The notes beneath the pieces were generated by a model. The model was given only the letters and a program-made list of their open reading frames with translations. It had not been told where the DNA came from and did no database searches. DNA of 64,000 nucleotides from Epithemia pelagica (lineage: Eukaryota; Protista; Bacillariophyta), in the NCBI GenBank assembly GCA_946965045.2, contig OX337231.1, forward strand, positions 2,418,001 to 2,482,000, given 5' to 3'. Shown here piece by piece: positions 1 to 10,900 of this stretch. Positions within the stretch are counted from its first letter, which is position 1, and the number at the start of each line of letters is the position of its first letter. A program made the position numbers and the translations under genes.

Positions 1-98
1 AATTCGGAGGAACCCGACAATGGCAGCGTAGGTACGACGAGTGTGTGTGTCTTTTTCTCGTGGATCGATGCACCACGTGTTGATGTCTTGTGTCTCGT

Positions 99-635
99 TG
101 TGGTTTGTGGTCCGTTGCGCGCACCCGAGTCGTTGTGGGGGACCAACTGCGCACGCCCCAACCTTGGCGTGCTCGTAGGGGGAGACGGAACGCACAAGAT
201 ACAAGTCTAAACCCTAGCCTTATCAACGCTTTTAACCCCATTGCCAAAACTACATACATATACCTAGAGTTATATCGACGGCTCTCTCCATATCTTACAA
301 TATACTCAACCCCCTTTAGAGAATTCCGGAATGATGGATCCCTTTCAATGTTGTTGTCGTCCAGCCCAAGAGGAGACTCCTGTGGCGGGAGACTTTTTGG
401 TGGCGACTCGTTTGTTCTGTTTGGGTTTGTGCAACAAGGACAACCCCCTCTCATAGCTAGAGAGAAATGCTCGTTCTTGATCCGTCTACATCCGTGCCTG
501 CCTCTCTCCCTCGAGAGCAAGGAATGCGACTTGTGGTGGCACCATTAACATTGTTTGTCGCCTGGCCGTATTCGTGGTTCCTCGGGTTTGGGGGGAGTCC
601 TTCCTCTTCTTCCCCAATAAGAATCGACCACAAGC
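99..635. repeat. Direct repeat copy A (~535 bp), paralogous to 3175-3700
   Basis: Aligns by eye with 3175-3700 along its whole length. Near-identical blocks include TGGTCCGTTGCGCGCACCCGAGTCGTTG...TTGGCGTGCTCGTAGGGG and GATCCGTCTACATCCGTGCC...GGCACCATTAAC. Both copies end in AATAAGAATCGACCACAAGC, and the middle carries indels. Confidence 0.95.
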
Positions 636-715
636 TCGATCGGCACCTCTTTTTTGCCATGGCCTCGTACACCATATATACAGAAGGTTGCCCGTACGAA
701 CAATTCCCCTCGTTA

Positions 716-3151
716 TTATCCACCGAAAGTAATGCAAGAGATGTTTTTGCCCTTTGACCAAACTTGGCATCCGGTAAACTTCTCGTCGAATGCGACAACC
801 AGTCTAAATTCATCGTTATCCTTCGGTCTGAAGCCTGGTTTTCTGAAATCAACTATCCGAAAGTCTTGAATAGATGGAGTGAAGTATTTCCCTCTGTTTG
901 GTTGTCCTGGTCCCGTTGGTTCCAAAAACCTTTCCTTATGCTCTCTGAAGCTACTGCCCTCTCGCATCAGCTCGATCCCATAGTAGTAGTCACTGTTCAC
1001 ATAGAAATCAAGTTCGCCTTTTTTTCCATCTCCACGATCAGGCAGTACAGCACTCATTTCAGACACAACCTCGGTGCTAGCCGGAAGACATGATGTAAGA
1101 CCTTTGAAAAACATTTGTTGAAGTGAGCTCTCTTTGGGGAAACCACCGTCTGAAGCTTTGCAGCTCTGACACAGATCTACTCGTTTGAAAGTTTGCAAAG
1201 ATGCGAGAACAATGTCCAATATACTTTTGAAAGTGGTTCCGTCATCAGCTCGGTTTTGAAACAATGCGGAATACAGTCGTCTTGATGATAGCTTGAACGC
1301 AACTTGTTGCCTCATCTCAGCCCAAGTTTTTGACTTTATTTGTTGGTTCAAGTCTTGCACGAAGTAAACCTTTAGTAGCAACAGCACAAGATCGATACTG
1401 AGTTGCTTTGAATCGTCAATCATGGCATCTTGCAATTCCGTTCGCTGCTCATCTGAGAAATCATCACAATTCGGTGGCCAAATTCTGGTGTAGGTATGGT
1501 CCAAAAACTTCTTTGAAAGCAAAAAGGATATCATTGCCCCAGCATCCAGGTTCTTCCGCAACCTTGCAAATTCATCAAGTTTGTCCAGTGATACTTGTAA
1601 CGCAAACACGTGCCCCCCACACTGATCGGTTACGGCGTTGACTACCACGCACATTGACTTCTCGTCAAGTCTTTTCAGATCATCTTTCTCGTCCAGTAGG
1701 CCTGCGACAAAAACCTTTTCCTCCTCGGGCGTGAGGCGTAGGTCCTTAAACGAGATTACGGCATCAGTGGAGAGAATGGGGGAAGCGGGATCGCTAGCAC
1801 ATCGACGCGTCGTGGCTCCTACGATCCGTAACTTGTGATCTTTAAGAAATCGCCCGTTGACAAGTTGCTCCCAAAAATGGGATTCCACGTTTTGAATATC
1901 ATCGCAAAAAAGTAAACGCACTTGATTTTCAAACTGTTGGTCCATTTGGGATACAGCTTGCCTTAGTTGCTCGAGTGGGGGTTTATCTTTTTCCATGAAC
2001 GTGTAGGCCGTTACAGGCAGTGGGCCTCCTTTCGCATTGTTCTTGGCTGTGCGACAAAAGTGGTCGATGAGATTCATTAGGCTGGATTTACCGACACCAG
2101 CTGGTCCCTTCAGCAAAACAAGTTCGTGGCGCTCGATCAGATCCAAAACCTTCGCAACAAGATGATCTCTCTGAAGAGTCTTCTTGTCTTTTGGATCAAT
2201 TCCTTTGGTGTATCGCAGTGTCCGTTGCCTCCTTGGTTTATTTGGCATAATCGGACCCAGTGTGTACGTGCCGCCATCCACGAGGGATGCCTTGAATCCA
2301 TCTTCTAACCCATAACAACTAATCCACTCCTTGAGTAGCGTCTCCACAACAGCATCGTTTGACCCAAAGCGGAGCAGGAACTCTTCCATCGTCCACTCTC
2401 GGGCACCTCTCCATGTCAGGTTGCCGTATTCTGACCGGAATTTGGCTTCCACTAGCAAACGAAACTTGCCATTCTCACCGACAAGCGTCGACAAGTCTGT
2501 TTCATCATGTACTACTAGCGTATCAGTCATTTCTCGGTTGAAGATGAACCTTTGTCGTCCTTGATCTTTTCTTCTGCTGAGGATGTTTTTGTTATGGTTC
2601 GATTCCTGTGAATCATCGTTGGAAGCGGTGGCTTGGGAGGGTGACCAAGGAGAAAAGGGAGATTGGGTGCCTTGCGAGCTATCGCTACCACCAGACTTGG
2701 AAGGAGACCATGGCGAGAGGGATGATTTCCCTGAATCGGATCCGCCGGATGGTGGACCTGGCTCGTACGAAAACGTTGACTGGGAAGCCTCGCTGTCCGT
2801 GCTTGCTTCGGCCGACCCGTCTCCACTGCTTCCATTAATGTCCCCATTGGTACCACTGCTATCCTGCTCCGAGTCAGTGGTACTGCCACCGGAAGGTGAC
2901 CACTGTGAGAGTGGGTTTCCACCGCCACCACCTCCTCCTCCTCCACCGCCACCAGACGACCATGCTTTCTTGACCTGTGACGAGCCACCCGCCGGTGGAA
3001 TGGATGAACTTAGCACTAGACCTTCTTTGTGCCTGTTGTTGCCTTCCACTGGGCGACTTTTTGATCGACAAGTAAACGATTGGAAAAAGCCTCCAAATCC
3101 AGTGACCCTCGTTGGACTCGACGACAAGACCGCCAAAACGAAAATCCTCAT
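716..3151 (-). CDS. Crinkler/RHS (CR)-type protein: hydrophobic N-terminus, S/G-rich linker, header domain, P-loop NTPase, C-terminal restriction-endonuclease-fold domain (~811 aa, intronless)
   Basis: Long ORF; first likely ATG at 3151 (MRIFVLAVLSSSP). Walker A GPAGVGKSS and Walker B-like LLFCDDIQ. The C-terminal KESSLQQMFF / GELDFYV / YGIELMREG / EHKERF motifs resemble CR-REase nucleases. LVDGGTYTLGP precedes the NTPase, as in CR header domains. Confidence 0.75.
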   Translation of the reverse strand: MRIFVLAVLSSSPTRVTGFGGFFQSFTCRSKSRPVEGNNRHKEGLVLSSSIPPAGGSSQVKKAWSSGGGGGGGGGGGGNPLSQWSPSGGSTTDSEQDSSGTNGDINGSSGDGSAEASTDSEASQSTFSYEPGPPSGGSDSGKSSLSPWSPSKSGGSDSSQGTQSPFSPWSPSQATASNDDSQESNHNKNILSRRKDQGRQRFIFNREMTDTLVVHDETDLSTLVGENGKFRLLVEAKFRSEYGNLTWRGAREWTMEEFLLRFGSNDAVVETLLKEWISCYGLEDGFKASLVDGGTYTLGPIMPNKPRRQRTLRYTKGIDPKDKKTLQRDHLVAKVLDLIERHELVLLKGPAGVGKSSLMNLIDHFCRTAKNNAKGGPLPVTAYTFMEKDKPPLEQLRQAVSQMDQQFENQVRLLFCDDIQNVESHFWEQLVNGRFLKDHKLRIVGATTRRCASDPASPILSTDAVISFKDLRLTPEEEKVFVAGLLDEKDDLKRLDEKSMCVVVNAVTDQCGGHVFALQVSLDKLDEFARLRKNLDAGAMISFLLSKKFLDHTYTRIWPPNCDDFSDEQRTELQDAMIDDSKQLSIDLVLLLLKVYFVQDLNQQIKSKTWAEMRQQVAFKLSSRRLYSALFQNRADDGTTFKSILDIVLASLQTFKRVDLCQSCKASDGGFPKESSLQQMFFKGLTSCLPASTEVVSEMSAVLPDRGDGKKGELDFYVNSDYYYGIELMREGSSFREHKERFLEPTGPGQPNRGKYFTPSIQDFRIVDFRKPGFRPKDNDEFRLVVAFDEKFTGCQVWSKGKNISCITFGG

Positions 3152-3174
3152 GATGATGACCCCAATGTCGATCT

Positions 3175-3700
3175 TTGTGGTTTTGGTCCGTTGCGCGCAC
3201 CCGAGTCGTTGTAGGGGACCAACTGCGCACGCCCCAACCTTGGCGTGCTCGTAGGGGGCAGATACACTCCTATCCAAACCCTAACCTCATGAACGCTTGT
3301 AACCCCGTTGCCAAAACTACCTCTATACACCTTCCTACTACCTAGGTAGAGTCATATCGACAGCTCTCTACAATACTCATCCCAATTGCGAAATGCTGGA
3401 TCCCTTTCAATGTTGTTGCCGTCTAGCCCAGGAGGAGACTCTTGTGGCGGATGATGTTTTTGGTGGCAACTCGTTTGTTCCGCTTGGGTTTGTGCATCAA
3501 GGACAACCCCCTCTAATAGCTAGAAAGAAATTCTCGTTCTCTCGATCCGTCTACATCCGTGCCTGCCTCTCTCCCTCGAGAGCAAGGAATGCGACTTGTG
3601 GTGGCACCATTAACTTTGTTTGTCGCTTGACCGCATCTTTGGTTCCTCGGGTTTGAGGGGAGTCCTTCCCCTTCTTTTCCAATAAGAATCGACCACAAGC
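3175..3700. repeat. Direct repeat copy B (~525 bp); holds the last ~30 codons of the PTS-like gene and the intergenic region upstream of the CR gene
   Basis: Same alignment as copy A. The stop codon of the 3610..5730 gene lies inside this copy. Confidence 0.95.
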
Positions 3701-5730
3701 GTCGTGACAAAGGGAATGACAAAGGCCACACAACTGGCTTGCATCATGGCATACCAATGAGGACCTGCCACTACCACCGAGACAATCCAGGGCAAATAGG
3801 CCATACTGGCGGGTGGTTGTACGAAGAACAATGGTGGTACTACTGTCGTTGTTGTTGTTGTTGTTGTCGAGGAACCCAAACTGGTCCACACGGCCGAGGG
3901 TGTACACGCCATCATGGACGACAATGACGTTGTTGACGATGCAATACTGTGACTGTGAGTCCAGACCAAGACGGCACAGGACAAACCACTGGCCACATAT
4001 CCACTAACATTGATCCACCGGGATTCTTCCATGTATGGGTAACACACTTCGACAAAGTCACCAAACATTAGATTGATCCACAAGCCTCGTTGACACAAGG
4101 CTCGATCGGCGACTCTGGCGGCCTGGTTGTGGTGGTTCGTACTCGTACTAGACTGGCCCGCAGTCACGAGTACCTTGGCGGCACAAATACCGGCACAGAC
4201 CACGACCAGCGTCAATTCGTCCACGGCACCCAAAAAACTCGCCGTCGACCCTGGTTGTTCCAATTCCACGAGAATCAAGGGCAAGTGCACGGCATGGTAA
4301 TATCCCACCTTGGACGAGGCACACGACAAACAGCCCCACGCACCGGCGGCCACCAAGGGCGCATACCACACGCCGGTACACACGGCCGAATCTGTCACGG
4401 TCCAAGAAAGCACTCGTCGCAGCAACGCCGTACTCGATCGGGCCAGAGGTGTCACGGTACAGGCCATGAGACTGCCCACGAGACTGCCCCACCCTCCGGC
4501 GGCCAACAAGGTGGTCATGGTGGCGGGGACATTGGCCACGAGACTGGGAATCATGACCCAGGGTTCCATCCAGGCTTGAATCACATGACCTGCAATCAAC
4601 CCCGCCACAATGGAACCGCGGCACCCAATGGCACTGGCCACCGTGGCAGCCATGACTAAGGATGCCGTGGCGGATTCCTTGGACGTGCATGACGACGACA
4701 AGAGCGACGAGGAACTTGTCGTCGTCTTGGAGTTGGCGACTCGTGTGGCCATGAGAATGGCACAGACTGTCGGTAAGACAAAATGATTCAAGGTGGATTG
4801 GATCAAATCCAATTCTGCCGAAATGGATTCCCGCGTCACGGGAAGGTAGGACAAGAATGGAACCACGACCGTCGGGGGTTCTTGTTCCAATAACGTTTGC
4901 ACATTTTGTAGGAAAAAGCGAGACAGGGCCACGGCCCAAAATGCCGGCAAGGAGGCATTGAGCGTACTCGTCCACGATGCCGTAGATTCTGGTCCCGTGT
5001 TTCCGTCATTGTCGTCGTCCTGTTTTGTAGATGGTTTCCATGGCTTGTACAGATGGGTTCGTCCAAACGTTTGGGCCAGACTGTACGTATAGGACAAGGC
5101 CCGTGTTTGTGTCGTGGTGGCAATGGATCCCCCGGCATTGCCCACCAATCGGACTCCCAGAGCAGCGGCATGGGCCAGCGAGGATCCTCCACTGCCTGTG
5201 AGGGGAATCTTGGATTGAACGGCGGCATCCAACACGGATCGACACAAGGGCACATGCATGGAAATCCCAATCAAGGCATGAATCGTCCCCGTGCGAATCG
5301 CTCGCGCCAGTACAGTGTCCAACCACGGTTGGGCATACAACCGATTGATCCGATCCAATGTGTCCGTGGCCACGACTTGAATGTGCAAGACGTGGGTACC
5401 TACTGTCGTAGTGGTGGTGGTCGAATTCTTTGGGTCGTCCTGGTTGTCGTCGGTCGATTCGGTGAATGGTTGGAGCGTTGCCACAATCCATTGCGCCAGG
5501 TCCGTGTCGGCTCGGACGGAATCCATGGATTTGCCCTGCAACAAGGAAATGTACATGGCATGGACCAACCGTGCGCGAATCAAGGACAAGTGGTACTGAA
5601 TGGTCTGCAACAAGTGAGCCGCATGTTCCTGTCCCAGGGTTGCCAGGCCACCTCCCGAACTCCCCATCAAGGCCACATTGAGAATCGACAATGGTTCTTG
5701 GGTTTTGGTGGTTTCGCCGGGGTTTGCCAT
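3610..5730 (-). CDS. Multi-pass membrane protein resembling bacterial single-chain PTS EIIC-like sugar permeases, with an N-terminal soluble domain
   Basis: Intronless ORF with likely ATG at 5730. Motifs NVALMGSSGG, IPLTGSGGSS, TTTQTRALSY, GYYHAVHLPLILVELE...SFLGAVDELTLVVVCAGI and INLMFGDFVEVCYPYM match my recollection of a Firmicutes 'PTS sugar transporter' family. The C-terminal half has many hydrophobic segments. Confidence 0.6.
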   Translation of the reverse strand: MANPGETTKTQEPLSILNVALMGSSGGGLATLGQEHAAHLLQTIQYHLSLIRARLVHAMYISLLQGKSMDSVRADTDLAQWIVATLQPFTESTDDNQDDPKNSTTTTTTVGTHVLHIQVVATDTLDRINRLYAQPWLDTVLARAIRTGTIHALIGISMHVPLCRSVLDAAVQSKIPLTGSGGSSLAHAAALGVRLVGNAGGSIATTTQTRALSYTYSLAQTFGRTHLYKPWKPSTKQDDDNDGNTGPESTASWTSTLNASLPAFWAVALSRFFLQNVQTLLEQEPPTVVVPFLSYLPVTRESISAELDLIQSTLNHFVLPTVCAILMATRVANSKTTTSSSSLLSSSCTSKESATASLVMAATVASAIGCRGSIVAGLIAGHVIQAWMEPWVMIPSLVANVPATMTTLLAAGGWGSLVGSLMACTVTPLARSSTALLRRVLSWTVTDSAVCTGVWYAPLVAAGAWGCLSCASSKVGYYHAVHLPLILVELEQPGSTASFLGAVDELTLVVVCAGICAAKVLVTAGQSSTSTNHHNQAARVADRALCQRGLWINLMFGDFVEVCYPYMEESRWINVSGYVASGLSCAVLVWTHSHSIASSTTSLSSMMACTPSAVWTSLGSSTTTTTTTTVVPPLFFVQPPASMAYLPWIVSVVVAGPHWYAMMQASCVAFVIPFVTTLVVDSYWKRRGRTPLKPEEPKMRSSDKQS

Positions 5731-6016
5731 GGTTGTTGTGGTTCCCTGCAGCGCCAAAGCTGGAACGAGACGTTTTGATCTTGGCAGCCTCTCAAGAGTT
5801 CGTTTTGTTGGTCGGCACTTTGTCTTCCCGGTTCTCGAACCTTTGCTGTGGTTCCGAGTTCCGTGCACCCTTGATGTTGTGGGTTATGAGTTGTGAGGTA
5901 GCTTCGAGTCGCACATTGTTTGTGTGCATCTGTCGAAATCAGTCGCTCATCATTTCATGGATCGTTCCACAAAGAGTTTGGTTGTGTGGTTGTCTAGAGT
6001 ATTCTTGTGAAGGACC

Positions 6017-6868
6017 ATGTCAGCCTCCCCCAACGAAGAGGAAGCAAAGGAAATGAAGAAGCATGTAGAGGAAGAAGAAGGGGCAGAACGGGCAAAAGAC
6101 GGACTTGCCCAACGAAGACGGTTACCAGCAGCACCCGAACAACTCCCGACCAATGCCTCCACCAGCAGCACCACAACGTCCACGTCCCACGTGGATGCTC
6201 CTGGTTCGACTCCCCCAACCAAACAGGACGACGACGACGACACGATTCCACCAAGTACAGCAACGAATGATCATGAGAATGAGCAAAGGAATCGTTCCTG
6301 GGAAGATCGGATTCTGTTGGTTCGAAGGTATTATGAAGGTCAAGGATACCGTGTCCATTCGGGATTGCAATTTGGATGTGAACTCGTTTTGTATGCCGAT
6401 GATCCCAGTAAGGTTCATTCCGATTTTTGCGTCCATGTGGTTCCCGAAGGTACGATTAAAAAATCCCAAGAAGAATGACCTGAAAATTGAGACATCTGAC
6501 GACGTATTTTGATTTTGTCTATTTTCCATGGATAATGTGCTTACTTTTATGTACACATCACAGATGGCCTGTTGGATTGGCGCATGATGCAATCCTTGGT
6601 TCGATCCATGCCCGATTTGCACAAGACATTGATTTTGGCCAATCCTATTCTAGTGGAACCAGTCACGGATGAAACCACCAGCGGCAGCGCCACAACGGCA
6701 CTCCCCCAACTGGTACGGGTGGACGAATTGGCCTTTGCCACGGAACATGCACCCTTTCGTCATCGCAAAACACGAGGCGAAGTAGGATCGCAACGCAAAA
6801 GCAAAAAATCCAAACGGAACGAACAAGAACAACAACAGCAGCCAACTGCTGCAGCCGAAAACCCGTAA
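6017..6868 (+). CDS. tRNA-splicing endonuclease subunit (SEN2/SEN34-like), 2 exons
   Basis: YRVHSGLQFGCELVLYADDPSKVHSDFCV is the tRNA intron endonuclease catalytic signature. A GT-AG intron at 6450-6563 joins in frame to DGLLDWRMMQSLVR...KTLILA. Confidence 0.85.
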
Positions 6869-7965
6869 CATGAGAGCGTCCGTGCGGCACCGGTTCCTGC
6901 CCTGCTCTGTCGACTGTTGTACTCCAGTTACTACCTACCCGGTCCAAACTCGACGACTGCAACCGGCTCGGCTGTGAAACCAAACCATGGATTCTTCTTC
7001 CAGTGTTGGTGATGCCACCATGTCCAATCCTGTTCCCTTTCTTTTTCGGAAAGGACACACCAAGAACTGAACACACCCATGACATTCGTTCCAGTCCATG
7101 GCTACATGTTTTTAATCCACCAACACTCGACTATATTCCATGGCGATGGGTCCATCCAGCTTTGCTCTAGCTTTGAAACAGTACCGAAATGCCAACGAAA
7201 TTGCAAGCTACAAAAGAAATTGCAAGCTACCAAAGCAAGTCGATTCCAACATCCATGGTCCAATCCACTTCTGTGAAATTGTGAAAAGCACACGTGTTCG
7301 CTTGTGCCTCGGTTCATTCCCGCTACAATGTAGGAGGGGTACCAGCTCATAGGAACAGTTGCAGAGCTCCGCCACTCACTCGGATGAACCGTAGGTTGTA
7401 CAATCACAAAGGGTCAATTCTTTTTAAGAGAATTGGATGCCTCATGATATCTGTTACTTACGGCCAACTGGAACGTGCAATCCCCTTGTTGCTTTCGTCT
7501 ACTAGGTAGGAGTAGAGCTTTCCAAAATGGAGTTGTTGCAAGCTATGTGGGCGGCGTTCGTCTCTAGGAGTATACATAGGTACCTACTCCTACCTAGTTT
7601 GTTGGGCAATTGCCGAATGCCGAACTCACAAAAGATACCTTTCAAGGTTTGGCAAGATTTATATTATAATAGATATACAATAGAATTTTGTTGGTCGCAT
7701 ACCAGCCCCACCTACAAACTATCTGTCTCTTATTGGATCCGTATCTCCCCCACTCCGATGGGCATGGGGCAATACAAAAAACGGCGAGCAAAAAATGAGG
7801 CCACAAAGATCCAACAAAGAATTCACGCGATGTTGACCAAAAAAAAAAAGATATCGTTGTTCTCGGTGCTTCTTTGGCGCATTGTGAATCTCGACGCCTT
7901 GTTGGCCCTCCATTGGACTTGGGAAAACGAAAATAAATAGTCCACAGACACCACCACCACACACC

Positions 7966-10900
7966 ATGCCAATTGAAGTGGTGGAAGAGGTTGGCGGTGG
8001 CGTAGGCGTGTACGCCTCCGCCACGGATTTGACTCCGGAAGAAAAGGAGGAAAAACTCAAGGCGAAGATCAAGGAGCTCTTGGCTCTGTGTGCCGAGTAC
8101 GTGTTGGGTCAACAAGGTTTGACATGTTCGCGAGTCGCAAAGCTTGTCTTGTCTCATCGATCCGATTTTCACTATACAGAAATGAAGTGGATGTCCCCTT
8201 TCAGCTCAAAAAGGCTCTATTGGGCGACGAAGTCGAAGAGGGAGAAGCAGCCCGTCAACGCCATGTTTTGGTCGACGAATCGGAACGTGCCTCGTTGCGG
8301 GTTGACGAGCACCAGCTCATTAAGGATTTTCGTGCTAAGATGAGCGTCTTGCAAGGACAATTGCCCAATTTTGATTTGCGCATCGAAGATGGCTCCTATA
8401 CAGTCTTGATTCCCGATGTGGCCAATGATCCCTTGTATAAGAGTAGTCATTCGCTCGATGCCTCGCGACACAGCAGTGGCGGCGGTGCCACTCAAAACAT
8501 TGCCACAATTCGAAACACCAATCCTCTCTATGCCTTGGGATCCTCCTTGATTCGATGCTTTCGGGGAGGGGGTGACCCCAAAATACCCAAAAAGGAAAAA
8601 CAAATCATGAGTGGCGTCAACCTGGTCTTTGAACCTGGCAAAATGTATTTGGTGCTGTAAGTAGAAACCAGTGAAATCACCATGTCTTGTTGTTGGCCAA
8701 AGCAAGAACACATTCTCATCATGATGGGGTTTGCTTTGGAATCACAGTGGTGCGCCAGGATCTGGCAAGTCGACCTTGTTGAAAATGATTGCTCAGAAAC
8801 TAAACTTGGATGGTGGGTCCACAGAAGGTACGTGTCGGCAGAACCGTCTTTTCCATTGGCGAAAGAGAGTTTGTAAGTCTGTTTCTTGGACTAACGGGAC
8901 CGTCGTGAATATGTTTTGTTAGGTGGCAAGGTGAGCATCAATGGAGTGGCCAAGGACAAGGAGGTGATCTGGAACAACCTAGTAGGATACATTGATCAGA
9001 TTGACCGTCTTCATCCCTGGTTGACGGTATGGGAAACGTGCGAATTTGCCTTTCAATGTCGTAGTGGAGGAACGCACCGCCAACCATGGTATAACACATC
9101 GGAGGAGGCCAACAAACTCATTGAACAAATGGACGAAGAACGAACCTTGGTCACCAAGGTTTTGGAAGGTCTCGGTCTCACACGGGTCAAGGATACCTTT
9201 GTGGGAGATCCCAAAGTGGTCCGTGGTGTGAGTGGTGGAGAAAAGAAACGCGTGACACTCGCCGGTACGTAACAACACCAACAAGTGCATTTGACGCCTG
9301 CTGCTGTCTCATACGATATTTTGGATGTCGTCCTAGAAATGCTTTGTGGCAACTACCCGGTCTTGTGTTGTGATGAAATCAGTACTGGACTTGATGGTAC
9401 GTACCCCTTCTTGGTTTGTTATATCCATTCCAATGGTGTCCAACGACGATATGTCGTCAACCAATGAAAAACACCCTCTGTCTCTCACGCACACCTCTGC
9501 CTACTCGGTTTTCAGCGGCCACCACCTACGATATCACCAAGCTCATGGTTCAAGCTGCCAGGGTAAAACAATCCATTTCGGTTGTTTCCTTGCTTCAACC
9601 TCCTCCCGAAACGGTTGCGAATTTTGACGAGTTGATCTTGATTAGTGATGGAATGATTATTTACAGGTTGGTAGAATAGAGTCCGGGGAACCATTTTTGA
9701 AACGTTGTGCAAGGGAGGGCGACTCAGCAATTGTGTGCTTGTTTGTGCGTGTGTCTTTGTTATTAGTGGCCCTGTCGACGAAGTATTGGATCACTTTCAA
9801 TCCTATGGATATTTCCTTCCCGATCGAATGGATGTCGCAGGTACGTGATAAAACCTCTCTTGTTCATTGTCTTGGTTTGAATCTTTACAACTCAAGCGTC
9901 GGTTGATTGTGTGGGCACCCAGATTGGCTGCAGGTAAGCGAGATAATAACGAGTTGATGTGGAATCTGACAAGACACGTGACTCTGACCCTCCATCTGTT
10001 TGTTCAAATTGCACACAGACACTTCCCACACCGGATGGTGCAGCGTTTTTGAACGAGGCCAAAGACGCCCAGCTTTCCATGTCGGATCTCAAGACGAGAC
10101 ATTTAACCACAGAAGAATTCAGCCAAAAGTTTTACGAGTCAGACCGGGGACAGGAAATACTCGACAAGTTAAAGTCACCCTACAACGAAAAGGACGCCGA
10201 GTTTGTCCGTACCATTGCCAAAGCAAAGTTTGCCAACACCCAGCAGAGGTCCCTCGGTCTCGTGATGCGTAGAGAACTGTTGCTGTGGCGGCGAGACACC
10301 TATCAAATTCGCTCAAAGATTGGACGAAGTATGTATACACAGAATTTTGCATTTCTGGCCGTGTTAGAGATGCTTCATAAGATCTCACCATCCAATGTTG
10401 TCTGTGACAGATTTAATTTTGGCTCTTGTCGTGGGAACCCTCTTCTGGTCCGCTGATACGGACTCCATCATTGGTGTACTTTTTCAGTCCATGTTTATCA
10501 ACGTCTTGGGTAAGTTTCCGTTGCAATTGGATGACAATGTCGTTCACGGGATTTCTCACGCGTGTCATATTCGAAAGGTGCCATGCTTTTAATTGTCAAA
10601 CAGTTTCCAGCTCGTGCAGTCTTTTACAAACAACAGGATGCAAACTTCTTTCCGACATGGACTTATGTAATGGGTCGATACGTCGCCAACATTCCCAACT
10701 CGTTGATTGATTCGGTCATGTACGGAGTAATTGTTTACTGGTTTGTGGGTCTGGCATTTGGTAACGGAGCGACAATTGGACCGTTTTTCATGTTTCTCTT
10801 GATTCTTTTCATGACGTCGACAGCATGCGGTCTGATTTTTGGAATGTTCCCGGCAATTGTAAGTGGTCGCATCGAGTCCGGTATGTCAGGTTAACGTTCC

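Noticed and set aside
3152-3277. ORF-track start at 3277 for the 853-aa protein
   Set aside because: It lies inside the duplicated promoter repeat. The first plausible ATG with a signal-like peptide is at 3151.
3276-3286. Telomere-like AAACCCTAACC (similar at 208-220 and 32922-32940)
   Set aside because: Only 1-2 units and degenerate in the paralogous copy; too short to call an interstitial telomere.
99-3700. Treating the ~530-bp direct repeats as LTRs of a retroelement
   Set aside because: No TG...CA ends, TSD, PBS/PPT or RT/integrase. The repeat includes the tail of a host gene.
4090-5778. Long antisense or alternate-frame ORFs over the PTS-like gene (likewise over DBT, kelch, copia pol and the 2OG oxygenase)
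   Set aside because: Shadow ORFs of GC-rich coding sequence with no motifs.
6880-7960. Short ORFs (7102..7407, 7527..7940, 7642..8172)
   Set aside because: No recognisable motifs, and the composition fits intergenic or promoter DNA.
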